DNA of 64,000 bases from a virus, in IMG/VR virus record IMGVR_UViG_3300036768_000279, positions 32,001 through 96,000 of that record; one strand, given 5' to 3'. Numbering within the stretch: position 1 is the stretch's first letter; each line of letters starts with the position of its first letter. Below are positions 28,450 through 37,648 of the stretch, in pieces. Under the pieces are notes generated by a model. It did not search any database and was not told the DNA's origin. It saw nothing but the letters and a program-made list of their open reading frames with translations. A program made the position numbers and the translations under genes.

Positions 28450-30605
28450 TGACACTCGCATCAGGACAGCTACCGTACAACTACGATCACGGAAAAGGAC
28501 GTTTCCGTGTTCCAAATCCGTATTCATCAATACATCCAATTGGACCGTCTGGAGTTCTATTGGAACAGGCATTGTTCGTTCTAACCGCAGAACGTCGCAA
28601 GCTATTGAAGTTTAGCTTTGGCGAAGGCAACAACTATCTGTATGATGCTTTCGTCTACGTTAACCCTGTTATTGCTCCATCAGGGCCGTATGAGCCCAAA
28701 GCAAATGGATCAACGATTGGCAATGCGGTGTATCCTGGTGCTGCGTTTATCATCGATCACATTCAAGACTTGCGATATGCAATGAACCAGCACTTTTCAT
28801 TCATTTCGCAAGATACTAATCTAGGAAGCGATGACTATAGAGCTGCATGGCTACAAGCTTTGTATCCAGAAAGCCCTAGTGGTTTTTTGTTTGCAACAGA
28901 TCCCGATACTGGCAATGATGTGACTGGTCATTGGGCACATCGTGCTCCATCAGACATTGGGGCATTTGTAGACTATACATTACCTGAAGTGCTTGGTGCA
29001 TCAGGAATTTTGTACGACATTGATTTTGGAGAATTAATGTGGAATCCCCCACCGCACTTGTCGAGTTTTGGTAATGACACGATGCATTCTCGAAAAGTCG
29101 ATGGTACGAACGATACGTTTTCTGTACAGCAATTCCCCATTTTTCCTGCTTTTCAAAAGACCAACGGAGACTTGGTGACATTGACTGGTCGCGAACCAGA
29201 TGTTATTCCACAAGCTTCTGATTATCAGATTGATCACATTGCTTCTGGTGCCATCAGATTCGATGGCTACGCCCTGTTTAGCAACACCAAGTTATTTGTG
29301 GGTCGTAATGGCAACATCTTCAACACCACAACACCAGATTTTACAGTTGACGCCGAAGGTCATCGTGTTGTTCTTGATGGCGGTAACGTTGCCAGCTCGC
29401 GTATATTTGCTTCGCCGTCTGCACAAACATCCGGCGTCTATCGTATAGCGGCCAAAAATCGTTTCGCTGATTTTCCTACAACTACTATTGAATCTGGCAA
29501 GATGAGCTTTTGGCCAACGATTACATCGTATTGGCCAAATTCCGACGCTGTTGTACAGCCGTATGGCCAAACACAAGTTGTGGGCTATCTTGGCTATCAT
29601 GTATTTGATGATTGTTTGTGGCAGACGGACGTTTCGTTCAATCAATCAGTGACCCCAGATACGGGGTTCTGCTCTGGTTTGGCGATTATGTCTCCGTATA
29701 CAGGACACCCATTATGGGTGCGTTACGCAGATCAGACAGCCGTTGATTCTATTCCACTTGCGGGCTTTCCTGCGAAAAAAAAGAATTGGTCAACTGGCAA
29801 GGGATTGGAAAGGGTTACTACAAACGACATTCGTCGTCTACACCCCAACATACAACACGATGCTACGCTTGTATCTGGTCAATTTATTATTATGCAATAT
29901 AATGATATGCTTGACCTTACAACGTCTTTTGCTACAACATCAGACAGTGTTGAAACTGGTCTAGTAGACAACGTTCCGCTTGGTGTTGGTTCGTCTACTA
30001 CTATTGAAGTTAATGATTTGTGGCGTGATGATGTAACTGGCGAATACTGGATTGCAAATAGCAATTTTGCTGGCTTTGATGTTTGGAAATTCGACTCGTC
30101 TTTTAAGTACATCAATAAATACATATTCAATCCAAATAGCGGTATTAACAACGCTCGTGGTTTCTTCATGAATGGCAATCACTATCTATTCCATGGCGAG
30201 TTTGGTGCAACAGGCACAACTCACATTCGTGGTAGTGGCATCTATCCTGTACGATTTGGTGCAGACGGTACCGAGCCCTATGACAATACTAGTAACCAGC
30301 CGCAAGTTGGTGTACTGTGGATTTGGCCCAACGAGGGAAAATTCATTAATGGTGCTCCATTTCTTGGCACAAGACGTTTTGCCGAAATTCTTGATATGAT
30401 ATACGTGCCGTCTGCAACGCACGTTGTGCCTGGGGTATATGCCTTAGTAAGATGGGCAAGAGCAGAAGGTAGCTTCAATGACTTGTATTTGTTGCGTCTT
30501 GAGGAAACTACTGACGCCTGGGAAATTCGTGCCGTCACGGAATTGGACACATCGTTTTTAAGCCCAAATCAAGGTAGGCGAGAACTCTTATACATGACCT
30601 ATTAG
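28449..30605 (+). CDS. Tail-associated structural protein
   Basis: 718 aa; the more AT-rich C-terminal half may be a variable receptor-binding region. Confidence 0.5.
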   Translation: MTLASGQLPYNYDHGKGRFRVPNPYSSIHPIGPSGVLLEQALFVLTAERRKLLKFSFGEGNNYLYDAFVYVNPVIAPSGPYEPKANGSTIGNAVYPGAAFIIDHIQDLRYAMNQHFSFISQDTNLGSDDYRAAWLQALYPESPSGFLFATDPDTGNDVTGHWAHRAPSDIGAFVDYTLPEVLGASGILYDIDFGELMWNPPPHLSSFGNDTMHSRKVDGTNDTFSVQQFPIFPAFQKTNGDLVTLTGREPDVIPQASDYQIDHIASGAIRFDGYALFSNTKLFVGRNGNIFNTTTPDFTVDAEGHRVVLDGGNVASSRIFASPSAQTSGVYRIAAKNRFADFPTTTIESGKMSFWPTITSYWPNSDAVVQPYGQTQVVGYLGYHVFDDCLWQTDVSFNQSVTPDTGFCSGLAIMSPYTGHPLWVRYADQTAVDSIPLAGFPAKKKNWSTGKGLERVTTNDIRRLHPNIQHDATLVSGQFIIMQYNDMLDLTTSFATTSDSVETGLVDNVPLGVGSSTTIEVNDLWRDDVTGEYWIANSNFAGFDVWKFDSSFKYINKYIFNPNSGINNARGFFMNGNHYLFHGEFGATGTTHIRGSGIYPVRFGADGTEPYDNTSNQPQVGVLWIWPNEGKFINGAPFLGTRRFAEILDMIYVPSATHVVPGVYALVRWARAEGSFNDLYLLRLEETTDAWEIRAVTELDTSFLSPNQGRRELLYMTY

Positions 30606-30611
30606 TGTATT
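30602..30611 (+). promoter_or_regulatory. Putative late promoter TTAGTGTAnT, copy 6
   Basis: Overlaps the TAG stop of the upstream gene. Confidence 0.6.
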
Positions 30612-30697
30612 GTTACGTGCGTTGGTATTTTTACCATAGCAGTGCAGGGTCAAACGTTCTCTCGTGAGATAGTTGCCCATCACGTAGAGGAAAACAC

Positions 30698-31357
30698 ATG
30701 GTAAGTGGAATTCGTTTTTTTGCATGTTCTGGAGCTATGGGTGGAACTCCGGCCACTCGTGCAACTCCAAACCTTGAGATCTTCAACCTTGAGCCGGGTG
30801 CTACCAACAATCCTAACCGCATGGGATTTTTCGGTTCTGCTGGTGCTCCAAACAGTGCGGTCATTGTTGGGCAGTATCAAGATCGTACTCACCGCTGTGA
30901 CGAGACTGGCGTTGACTTTGGGGCGATGATCAATGTCAAATTCACTGGTGCAACTACTGCCAGTGTCTCTGGCGTTCCATTCACGGCCGGATTGCAGAAT
31001 ATTTCACGTAGCTCCGGCACCCTGCTTTGTCGTTTCACGGAACCGAATGGTACGGCTGTAATCACTCAGAACGCTACGTTTAGTGCAATCAATCTCACGG
31101 CTGGGTCTGGTGCCCCGAACGTGTCAGATCTCGTGAGTACGGGTATTACCATCAAGGCTGCACAACTTCCCGATACACAAGGTTTTGCCGGTAGTACATC
31201 TTGGCAGAACATCGATAGCAGCGGTTCTGCTCTAGCCCTCAACGCTCAGAACGGTACGGCGAGCGTACACGACTTCCATTTGATCATCAGCGGTACTCCG
31301 ACTGCCGCCGGACGCAAGGTGAACTTCGCATACTACATGCAACTTGAGTATCTGTAA
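30698..31357 (+). CDS. Putative virion structural protein
   Basis: 219 aa, Ser/Thr/Gly-rich; GAGG RBS, own promoter motif and terminator. Confidence 0.55.
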   Translation: MVSGIRFFACSGAMGGTPATRATPNLEIFNLEPGATNNPNRMGFFGSAGAPNSAVIVGQYQDRTHRCDETGVDFGAMINVKFTGATTASVSGVPFTAGLQNISRSSGTLLCRFTEPNGTAVITQNATFSAINLTAGSGAPNVSDLVSTGITIKAAQLPDTQGFAGSTSWQNIDSSGSALALNAQNGTASVHDFHLIISGTPTAAGRKVNFAYYMQLEYL

Positions 31358-31401
31358 TCGGGCCGAAACGGCCCGAAAGATGGCCCGATTTAGAGTCTAT
31401 C

Positions 31402-31432
31402 TGGGGGTGGTGTAAGCCACCCCCAATTTTTT
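31402..31432 (+). terminator. Intrinsic terminator ending the structural module
   Basis: TGGGGGTGG-TGTAAG-CCACCCCCA followed by ATTTTTT. Confidence 0.8.
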
Positions 31433-31459
31433 CCGCCACTTGGATGGTCGGCTGTCATA

Positions 31460-31963
31460 ATGGAAGTGTCAACCGCTGTGCTGGTATCACCTGCGGATCT
31501 GATAGCCATGACGTTAGCCTTTAGCTCGAAACATCCCTTTGTGCCTAACCCTTCTAAGGACTCGAATGCGAGTCGTTGGATTGCTTCACTCTCAGACGGA
31601 ACTACCGTTTTTGAGGATGTGACGCCGGGCGAAAAGTCAGCCTGGATTCGTCTGAGGGAGTATGTGGCTTTGCACAAGCTCAAGGTTACTAACCTACGCT
31701 TGGAAGCATACGGGCATCGCGTAGTGCTCATGCCCTACAAGGACGAATTTGGCAATCCCCAAATCAATGGGTATTGGCATTCAAAGAAGGCTGGAGCATT
31801 GCTCAACGCTGGACCTATTGGCCAGATGTACTGGAATGGCATTGGTCTAATCAAGGGACGCGAGATCCATGTGACGTGGGTCGATCAGTCGGGCAACGTC
31901 AGCTACGAAATAAAGCAGTATCAGGAGGGCAATCCCGCCTGTATTGTGAACGATGCAGTATGA
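31460..31963 (+). CDS. Hypothetical protein (start may be 31508)
   Basis: WIASLSDG.TVFED...SAW.RL, a pattern typical of large-phage hypotheticals. Confidence 0.6.
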   Translation: MEVSTAVLVSPADLIAMTLAFSSKHPFVPNPSKDSNASRWIASLSDGTTVFEDVTPGEKSAWIRLREYVALHKLKVTNLRLEAYGHRVVLMPYKDEFGNPQINGYWHSKKAGALLNAGPIGQMYWNGIGLIKGREIHVTWVDQSGNVSYEIKQYQEGNPACIVNDAV

Positions 31964-32397
31964 AGTACAAGTCGATCACTACGCCTGATGTAGAGCACGA
32001 CGAAGCCAACATTTTGACGGAAATGTTGTGGCTGAATCGCGATCTGCGTACAGACATCTTTCCATGGCGTGGAGATAACGGCAAAGAGTGGGGGCGGTTC
32101 GTATCAGCTTTCAAGAAGCTGATGGGACCGTCATTTGGTCTGTCGGCTGAGCAGTTGGCGTTTTACGTTTACAGGTGCAAGCCTCACTACATCAATCCGC
32201 CAGAGTTTGCCAAAATGGCGGTCGTGGCCCGCAAGCTATTTCGTCGTTATAATATCGACGAAGTATGTAGACTCTATTCAGATCAACGCCGCGAGTCCAT
32301 GAAGCCAGGACTCGAAAAAGCATCATACAAGCAAGAGAAACCGAAGTCATTCCTGACCTTTTTGAAGGAGCTAGAACGTGGCGAAGTCAAAGACTGA
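31960..32397 (+). CDS. Hypothetical protein
   Basis: ATGA overlap start at 31960. Confidence 0.6.
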   Translation: MKYKSITTPDVEHDEANILTEMLWLNRDLRTDIFPWRGDNGKEWGRFVSAFKKLMGPSFGLSAEQLAFYVYRCKPHYINPPEFAKMAVVARKLFRRYNIDEVCRLYSDQRRESMKPGLEKASYKQEKPKSFLTFLKELERGEVKD

Positions 32398-33538
32398 AAA
32401 GACAGAAGAGCCTAAGATCGCGGACGCCGTGTCGTTTGGATTTTTTAGCGGTGAAATCACTGATGAAGAAAAGGGTGTGCGGGTCTTCGAGGCCAGCAGC
32501 ATGAAAGACCCTGAGCCAAACAAGAGCGGCTCGATTACTTTGGACTACGATCTAGTTGTTCCTTTTCCAGAGGGTCGTATTGTTGAGATCTTTGGGGGGG
32601 AAGGTACCGGAAAGACGACGCTAGCTCTTGAAGTGATTGGTCAGGCTCTTACGAGTGATCCCAAGAAGATTGCGTTATTTGTCAATATGGAGAAGAGTTT
32701 GAACGTCTCTCTCATGAGAACGATCCGCACCCTTCGTCCATTCATTGATGATGCAATTGCCAAACAAGACGGGTGCCGTCTTTGGATTGTGAACGCAACG
32801 ACTGGCGAACAAGCACTCGAAGCACTCAAGCAGTTTGCGTATATGGTACCTCACGGTATTGGTGTTCTTGACTCCATTGATGCAGCACAACCCGAGACTG
32901 TTCTTGCTGGCGAGATTGGCGAGAACCGTGTTGGTAATCACGGCAAGCTTATGTCAGACGCCATGCGTAAGCTAGTCGGTATTGCTGAAGCCAACAGTGT
33001 ATGTCTCATCTTCATCAATCAGCTTCGTGACAAGATTACTATGTATGGTGACCCAGCCGAAACTCCTGGCGGCAAGGCTGTGCGATTCTATGCCACACAG
33101 CGTTTGCGTCTCAAGACGCCCACCAAGGCTGATATGATTACCGTTGCAGATGGTGAAGTTATTGGCAAGATGATCAATTACAAGATCATCAAGAACAAGT
33201 TTGCTCCAGAAGGCACAGAGAATTCATTTCCGCTACTCTTCAAGAACGGCATTTTCCGCGAACAGGAACTAGTCATTCAGTGTTGTAATTTTGGCATCTT
33301 GAAGCTTGGTGGCAAGGGTGGCAAACAAGTCTACTTGCCAACTCTAGACAGAAAGTCAAATGAGTTCGTCAAGAAGGGTGGCGAAATCGAGGGCACTTGG
33401 ATGAGTCAATTCAACGCTTCGCGTAAGCTGTTGTTGGATCCAGTCTTGACTTCAAAACTCAATGAAGAACTCATGAAGATCATTAACAGCACTCAAAATT
33501 CATCTGGCACATTTGATGAAGTTCAAGACGCTGAATAA
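32378..33538 (+). CDS. recA: RecA/UvsX-like recombinase
   Basis: GRIVEIFGGEGTGKTT (Walker A), VLDSID, IFINQLRDKI..YGDP.ETPGGKAVRFYA, KNKFAP. Confidence 0.93.
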   Translation: MAKSKTEKTEEPKIADAVSFGFFSGEITDEEKGVRVFEASSMKDPEPNKSGSITLDYDLVVPFPEGRIVEIFGGEGTGKTTLALEVIGQALTSDPKKIALFVNMEKSLNVSLMRTIRTLRPFIDDAIAKQDGCRLWIVNATTGEQALEALKQFAYMVPHGIGVLDSIDAAQPETVLAGEIGENRVGNHGKLMSDAMRKLVGIAEANSVCLIFINQLRDKITMYGDPAETPGGKAVRFYATQRLRLKTPTKADMITVADGEVIGKMINYKIIKNKFAPEGTENSFPLLFKNGIFREQELVIQCCNFGILKLGGKGGKQVYLPTLDRKSNEFVKKGGEIEGTWMSQFNASRKLLLDPVLTSKLNEELMKIINSTQNSSGTFDEVQDAE

Positions 33539-33947
33539 CAAGGAAGTAAGACTTGAAATCTTGCCTAGCCGTTATCCTGTTAGGTCGAGAACTCAGTCTA
33601 AATCGCTAGGGCAATACAATCTAGGACGTACTATTCGAGCGATCTATGGTATGCATGCCTTGCTTCTAGAAGAATTTCCTATTCCAGATGAGCGTCTGTT
33701 TCTTGACTTCTACATGCCACACCACAAACTTGCGTTTGAGTTTCAGGGCGACCAACACGACACATTCAACAAGTTCTTCCATGGCGACAAGAGCGGCTTT
33801 GAGCGTTCTCAAGCACGCGACCAAAGAAAGAAAGCTTGGTGCGTTCTGAACGAGATTATGCTGGTTGAGGTTCGCGGTACGCTATCGACCGACCAACTCA
33901 AAGCTTTAATTCAATCACAAAGAGCGGATCATGAAGAACACGATTGA
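33516..33947 (+). CDS. PD-(D/E)XK-type endonuclease (DUF559/Vsr-like)
   Basis: EEFPIP...LFLDFY...LAFEFQG.QH...RDQRKKAWC..N.I.LVEV. Confidence 0.7.
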   Translation: MKFKTLNNKEVRLEILPSRYPVRSRTQSKSLGQYNLGRTIRAIYGMHALLLEEFPIPDERLFLDFYMPHHKLAFEFQGDQHDTFNKFFHGDKSGFERSQARDQRKKAWCVLNEIMLVEVRGTLSTDQLKALIQSQRADHEEHD

Positions 33948-34151
33948 AAAATTCTGGCAGAAGGTCGAGCAATGTGTAAGGTGATGTATGGCGAGTCTAA
34001 TCCATCATCTAAACTGACCAAGACAAAGATGCGGTATATGCGATGGCTAAGACATAAAGGATGGACTCTCGCTGCACTGGTTCAAAAATACGGAGTGTCT
34101 ATTGCTACCGTTCATAGAATTGTGCATTATGTTACCTGGAGAGAAGTATAA
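33931..34151 (+). pseudogene. HNH homing endonuclease remnant, catalytic core deleted
   Basis: MKNTIEKFWQKVEQCVR* (33931-33984) plus MYGESNPSSKLT...LVQKYGVSIATVHRIVHYVTWREV* (33984-34151): the N-terminal FWxKV and C-terminal HTH of phage HNH HEs. Confidence 0.7.
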
Positions 34152-35647
34152 TGTCCAATATTGCAGCCGAGAAGGTATTTTTGGCGGGCGTCATTGCGAA
34201 CCCGACCAAGTTGTTTGACTATCTCGACTATCTAGATGAGAATGACTTTCAGCACGCGGCCACAAAGATGACATTTGAGGCTGTGCGTTCCTTGATTCTA
34301 AACAAGGAAGCGACAAGCCTAACCAAAGCCAAGCTAGTTGCGGAAGCCAGGGCTCTTGGTCACCAGAATTACTTGTCGGCTACCAAGGACGGTAAGTGGA
34401 TTGATGAATTGTACGAAGAAAAGGTTGAGGAGCAAGAACTCACCGAACTCTTCTTGGAGATCAAGCGTCAAACACTGAAAGAGAATTACAAGCGAGCCTT
34501 TGAGGAAACTAGCAATTATCTGACCACTACGTCGGATCCGCTATCTGTTATGATTGGTAGGGTTGAAGACTCTATCATCAGTCAAGTCAATTCACTTGAT
34601 CGTGGCGAGAATGCTCCAGTGCTTCTGACAAAGGGCATCTTCGAGTTCATCGATGATCTGGCAAACGACCCCGGTAATTTAGGTATTGACCTTGGTTATC
34701 CAGTATGGCAGGATCGTATTGGTCAGTTCCGAAATGGTTCCGTAACTTTGGTGGTTGCAACCGCCAAGGCTGGCAAGTCTCAGTTTGCGTTGCGTGCTGC
34801 TCTGAATACCGCACGCAAAGGACTGCCGGTCATATTGTGCGACAGCGAACTTAACAAGAATGACCAGCAAATTCGTTTGGTGGCTATGATGGCCCGCGTG
34901 CCATTTCAGTACATCGAAACTGGTTTCTGGAAGATGACACCAGAGCAGTTGAAGACTCATGGCGTCACTGATGAGCAGCAGATTTCACACATCATGGAGT
35001 GTGGTCGTCGCCTTCGTGATCCAGAGCTACGTCAGCGTGTTCTGGCACTACCTATTACGTACCAATCCATTTCTGGCATGGACGTGCCAGCAGTCATTCC
35101 GCATCTACGTCGTTGGATTCTCAAAGACGTAAAGCCGGATCGTACTACCAAGAACGCACAGTGCCTGGTTGTATATGACTACATTAAGCTCGCTACCATT
35201 ACAGACCTTAAGGCCAATCGCAACATTGCTGAATGGCAGATGCATGGTATCAATGTAGCATTGCTACACGATACCATGAAGCGATACAATATTCCCTGTC
35301 TAGCCTTCGGTCAGACAAATAATGAGGTCGATGAGGGCATTCAGTGCGTTGCCGGTGGTAAGCGTATCAGCGAAAACGTCACGTCAGTCAGTTACTTGAA
35401 GAAAAAGACAGACGATGAAAGAGCGTTTGATGGGAATGGTTCTCACCTTGTACGTGTATTTGCTACCCGTTATGGTGCGGGCACTCCGATTGGTCACATT
35501 AATTTCGATGCTGATCTAAGTTGCGGCGATTTCAAGGAAATCGGACTAAGCACGGTCAACTTCAACGAAGAGCGTCAGAAGCGTCTAGACGAATACAAGA
35601 AGGGCCGCGATGCAAAGAGAAAGAATGATGACGACGAGGATGACTGA
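34151..35647 (+). CDS. dnaB: Replicative DnaB-like helicase
   Basis: N-terminal AEKVFLAGVI...LDENDF; Walker A ATAKAGKS; DSEL; VVYDYIKL; GQTN; RYG. Confidence 0.88.
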   Translation: MSNIAAEKVFLAGVIANPTKLFDYLDYLDENDFQHAATKMTFEAVRSLILNKEATSLTKAKLVAEARALGHQNYLSATKDGKWIDELYEEKVEEQELTELFLEIKRQTLKENYKRAFEETSNYLTTTSDPLSVMIGRVEDSIISQVNSLDRGENAPVLLTKGIFEFIDDLANDPGNLGIDLGYPVWQDRIGQFRNGSVTLVVATAKAGKSQFALRAALNTARKGLPVILCDSELNKNDQQIRLVAMMARVPFQYIETGFWKMTPEQLKTHGVTDEQQISHIMECGRRLRDPELRQRVLALPITYQSISGMDVPAVIPHLRRWILKDVKPDRTTKNAQCLVVYDYIKLATITDLKANRNIAEWQMHGINVALLHDTMKRYNIPCLAFGQTNNEVDEGIQCVAGGKRISENVTSVSYLKKKTDDERAFDGNGSHLVRVFATRYGAGTPIGHINFDADLSCGDFKEIGLSTVNFNEERQKRLDEYKKGRDAKRKNDDDEDD

Positions 35648-36686
35648 AACAGAGAAGAAGGCGTTGCGGAACCACGCGAACCGCAACATTACCTACTTAC
35701 TCGACAAGCTCGCCGTCAGCTATACTGATCGCGGGAATGGACTCATTCAATCTTGCTGCAAGTGTCAACAGCACGGTGGAAATCGCGACAACCCAACTGC
35801 CTTTAGTTGGCGTCCCGATCTAGGCAAGTGGGTTTGCTGGACACACCATTGTGAGGAGTTGCGTGGCAATGACATCTTTGGGCTTGTTAGTAGTATTCTA
35901 GGAACTAACTTTGCAGCGTCGGCTAAATGGATCCATGATCGTTTGGCAGAGAAAAGCGTTGACGTTACACAAGAGGCGGCACCGCCCGAGAATTTACATC
36001 GTGGCACAGCACTACATACCCACGAACCACTCAAAGAAGATAACCTGCGTTTCCTGCAAATGGACCCAGCGTATCTCATTCAGCGTGGATTTAGCAAGGA
36101 AGTTCTACGCGACTACAACGCAGGACTGTGGCAGCGTCCTGGGACATTCATGAATGATCGTGTCGTATTCCCTATTCGCGACCATGACGGATTCTTGGTT
36201 GGCTATACGGGACGCACCATTCATTCAGAACAATACTTCTTGGAAAAGGGCATTGAGTATCGCAAGTGGATTCATGGCCGTCACTACAATCTATGGCCAA
36301 AGCGTGGCGAACTACTTATTAGTTCCTTGCTCTTCAACTTGAATAGAGCCAAGCGGTATATGGGTCATCAGAAGAAGATGATTGTTGTAGAAGGTCCGCT
36401 GGACGGCATGAAACTAGAAATGGCTGGAATACACAATTGGGTGGCAACGCTAGGAACCACTTTTTGTGCCAATCACCGCACCCTTTTGGTCAAGTATGGC
36501 GTAACTGATTTGTACGTCGCATATGACGATGATGAGAACGAGGCTGGCGAGAAGGGCCTCATGCGACTCAAGCGTGTCGTCGGCGACATTTTCAATGTTC
36601 ACAAGGTCGATCTCCTCAACGCACACGATTGCGGCGACCTGACAGTAGAACAACTTCAACTCATTTTCAAGGGGATCGGATGCTGA
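35640..36686 (+). CDS. dnaG: DnaG-type primase
   Basis: N-terminal Cys/His zinc-binding region; DRVVFPIRD..G.LVGYTGR; TOPRIM VVEGPLD, VATLGT, YDDD.AG. Confidence 0.9.
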   Translation: MTETEKKALRNHANRNITYLLDKLAVSYTDRGNGLIQSCCKCQQHGGNRDNPTAFSWRPDLGKWVCWTHHCEELRGNDIFGLVSSILGTNFAASAKWIHDRLAEKSVDVTQEAAPPENLHRGTALHTHEPLKEDNLRFLQMDPAYLIQRGFSKEVLRDYNAGLWQRPGTFMNDRVVFPIRDHDGFLVGYTGRTIHSEQYFLEKGIEYRKWIHGRHYNLWPKRGELLISSLLFNLNRAKRYMGHQKKMIVVEGPLDGMKLEMAGIHNWVATLGTTFCANHRTLLVKYGVTDLYVAYDDDENEAGEKGLMRLKRVVGDIFNVHKVDLLNAHDCGDLTVEQLQLIFKGIGC

Positions 36687-37648
36687 AACTCAAGTCATGT
36701 TCGCCGTCACGTATCAAGACATTTGATATGTGCAAGTTCAAATACTGGCTGACATATCATTGTCCAGATGTAAAACTCAAGTCGAACTGGGGGGCTGCTC
36801 ACGGTTCGCTGCTTCATGACATCTTAGAGAATCTTGCCAACAAAGAAGACACCGATTGGATGAGCCGCTTGTATAGAGGATATGCGGGCGAGCTTTCTAC
36901 TCTAGATCGCAATGGACAGCCCGAGATCATGGAGAGTCCGCTCGTGTGGGCAAAGTCCAAGGACTATCAAGACAAGAAGCCATACTGTGATACATGTCCT
37001 TACAAACAGGAAGAACGCTGCGGTATTTCCAAACAAGCCTTGTCCGAGCTAACTGGATGTCCGCGTTATCTGTTTGATATTTCTGTGTCTATGCTTGAGT
37101 CAACTATCAAGCGTTACCAGGGCGGCATTTGGGACAAGATGCTACGAGACGCCAAGGGCGTACCAATTGGAACAGAGTATTCCTTTGAAATCAAGATCAA
37201 GGGTACCGACGTACCTTTGATCGGCATTCTGGACCTCGTGATCGAGGAAGACCCTGAGACTATTCACATCATTGACTACAAGAGCGGTGCATGGGTACAG
37301 AATTACGCCGAATGTCGTGAGGACATTCAAGTCAAGATCTATTCGATGGCAAGCCGCAAAGAGTTCATTGAAGACGTGAACAATAAGGGCTACAAGTACA
37401 AGAATGTCATTTTGACGTTCGACTACTTTGCCAGCAATCCAATCACCCTCGCTTTTACAGCGGATGAGGACGCTGCCACCGAAGTGTGGACGGCAAACAA
37501 GATCAACGAAATTCAGAACACTAACTGGATCGATCGTATTGTGAGAAGCAATGACGACTTTACCAAGCGTTGGGCCTGGAAGTGTCGATCTCTTTGTGAT
37601 ACGGAAGTGTGTGCTTCCAAGTGGAACGGAAAGTTCAAGGCTGAATAA
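36680..37648 (+). CDS. Cas4/RecB-like PD-(D/E)XK exonuclease
   Basis: SPSRIKTFDMC..KY, G.LLHDILE, GILDLV, IIDYKSG, Q..IY, C-terminal CRSLC....C. Confidence 0.85.
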   Translation: MLKLKSCSPSRIKTFDMCKFKYWLTYHCPDVKLKSNWGAAHGSLLHDILENLANKEDTDWMSRLYRGYAGELSTLDRNGQPEIMESPLVWAKSKDYQDKKPYCDTCPYKQEERCGISKQALSELTGCPRYLFDISVSMLESTIKRYQGGIWDKMLRDAKGVPIGTEYSFEIKIKGTDVPLIGILDLVIEEDPETIHIIDYKSGAWVQNYAECREDIQVKIYSMASRKEFIEDVNNKGYKYKNVILTFDYFASNPITLAFTADEDAATEVWTANKINEIQNTNWIDRIVRSNDDFTKRWAWKCRSLCDTEVCASKWNGKFKAE

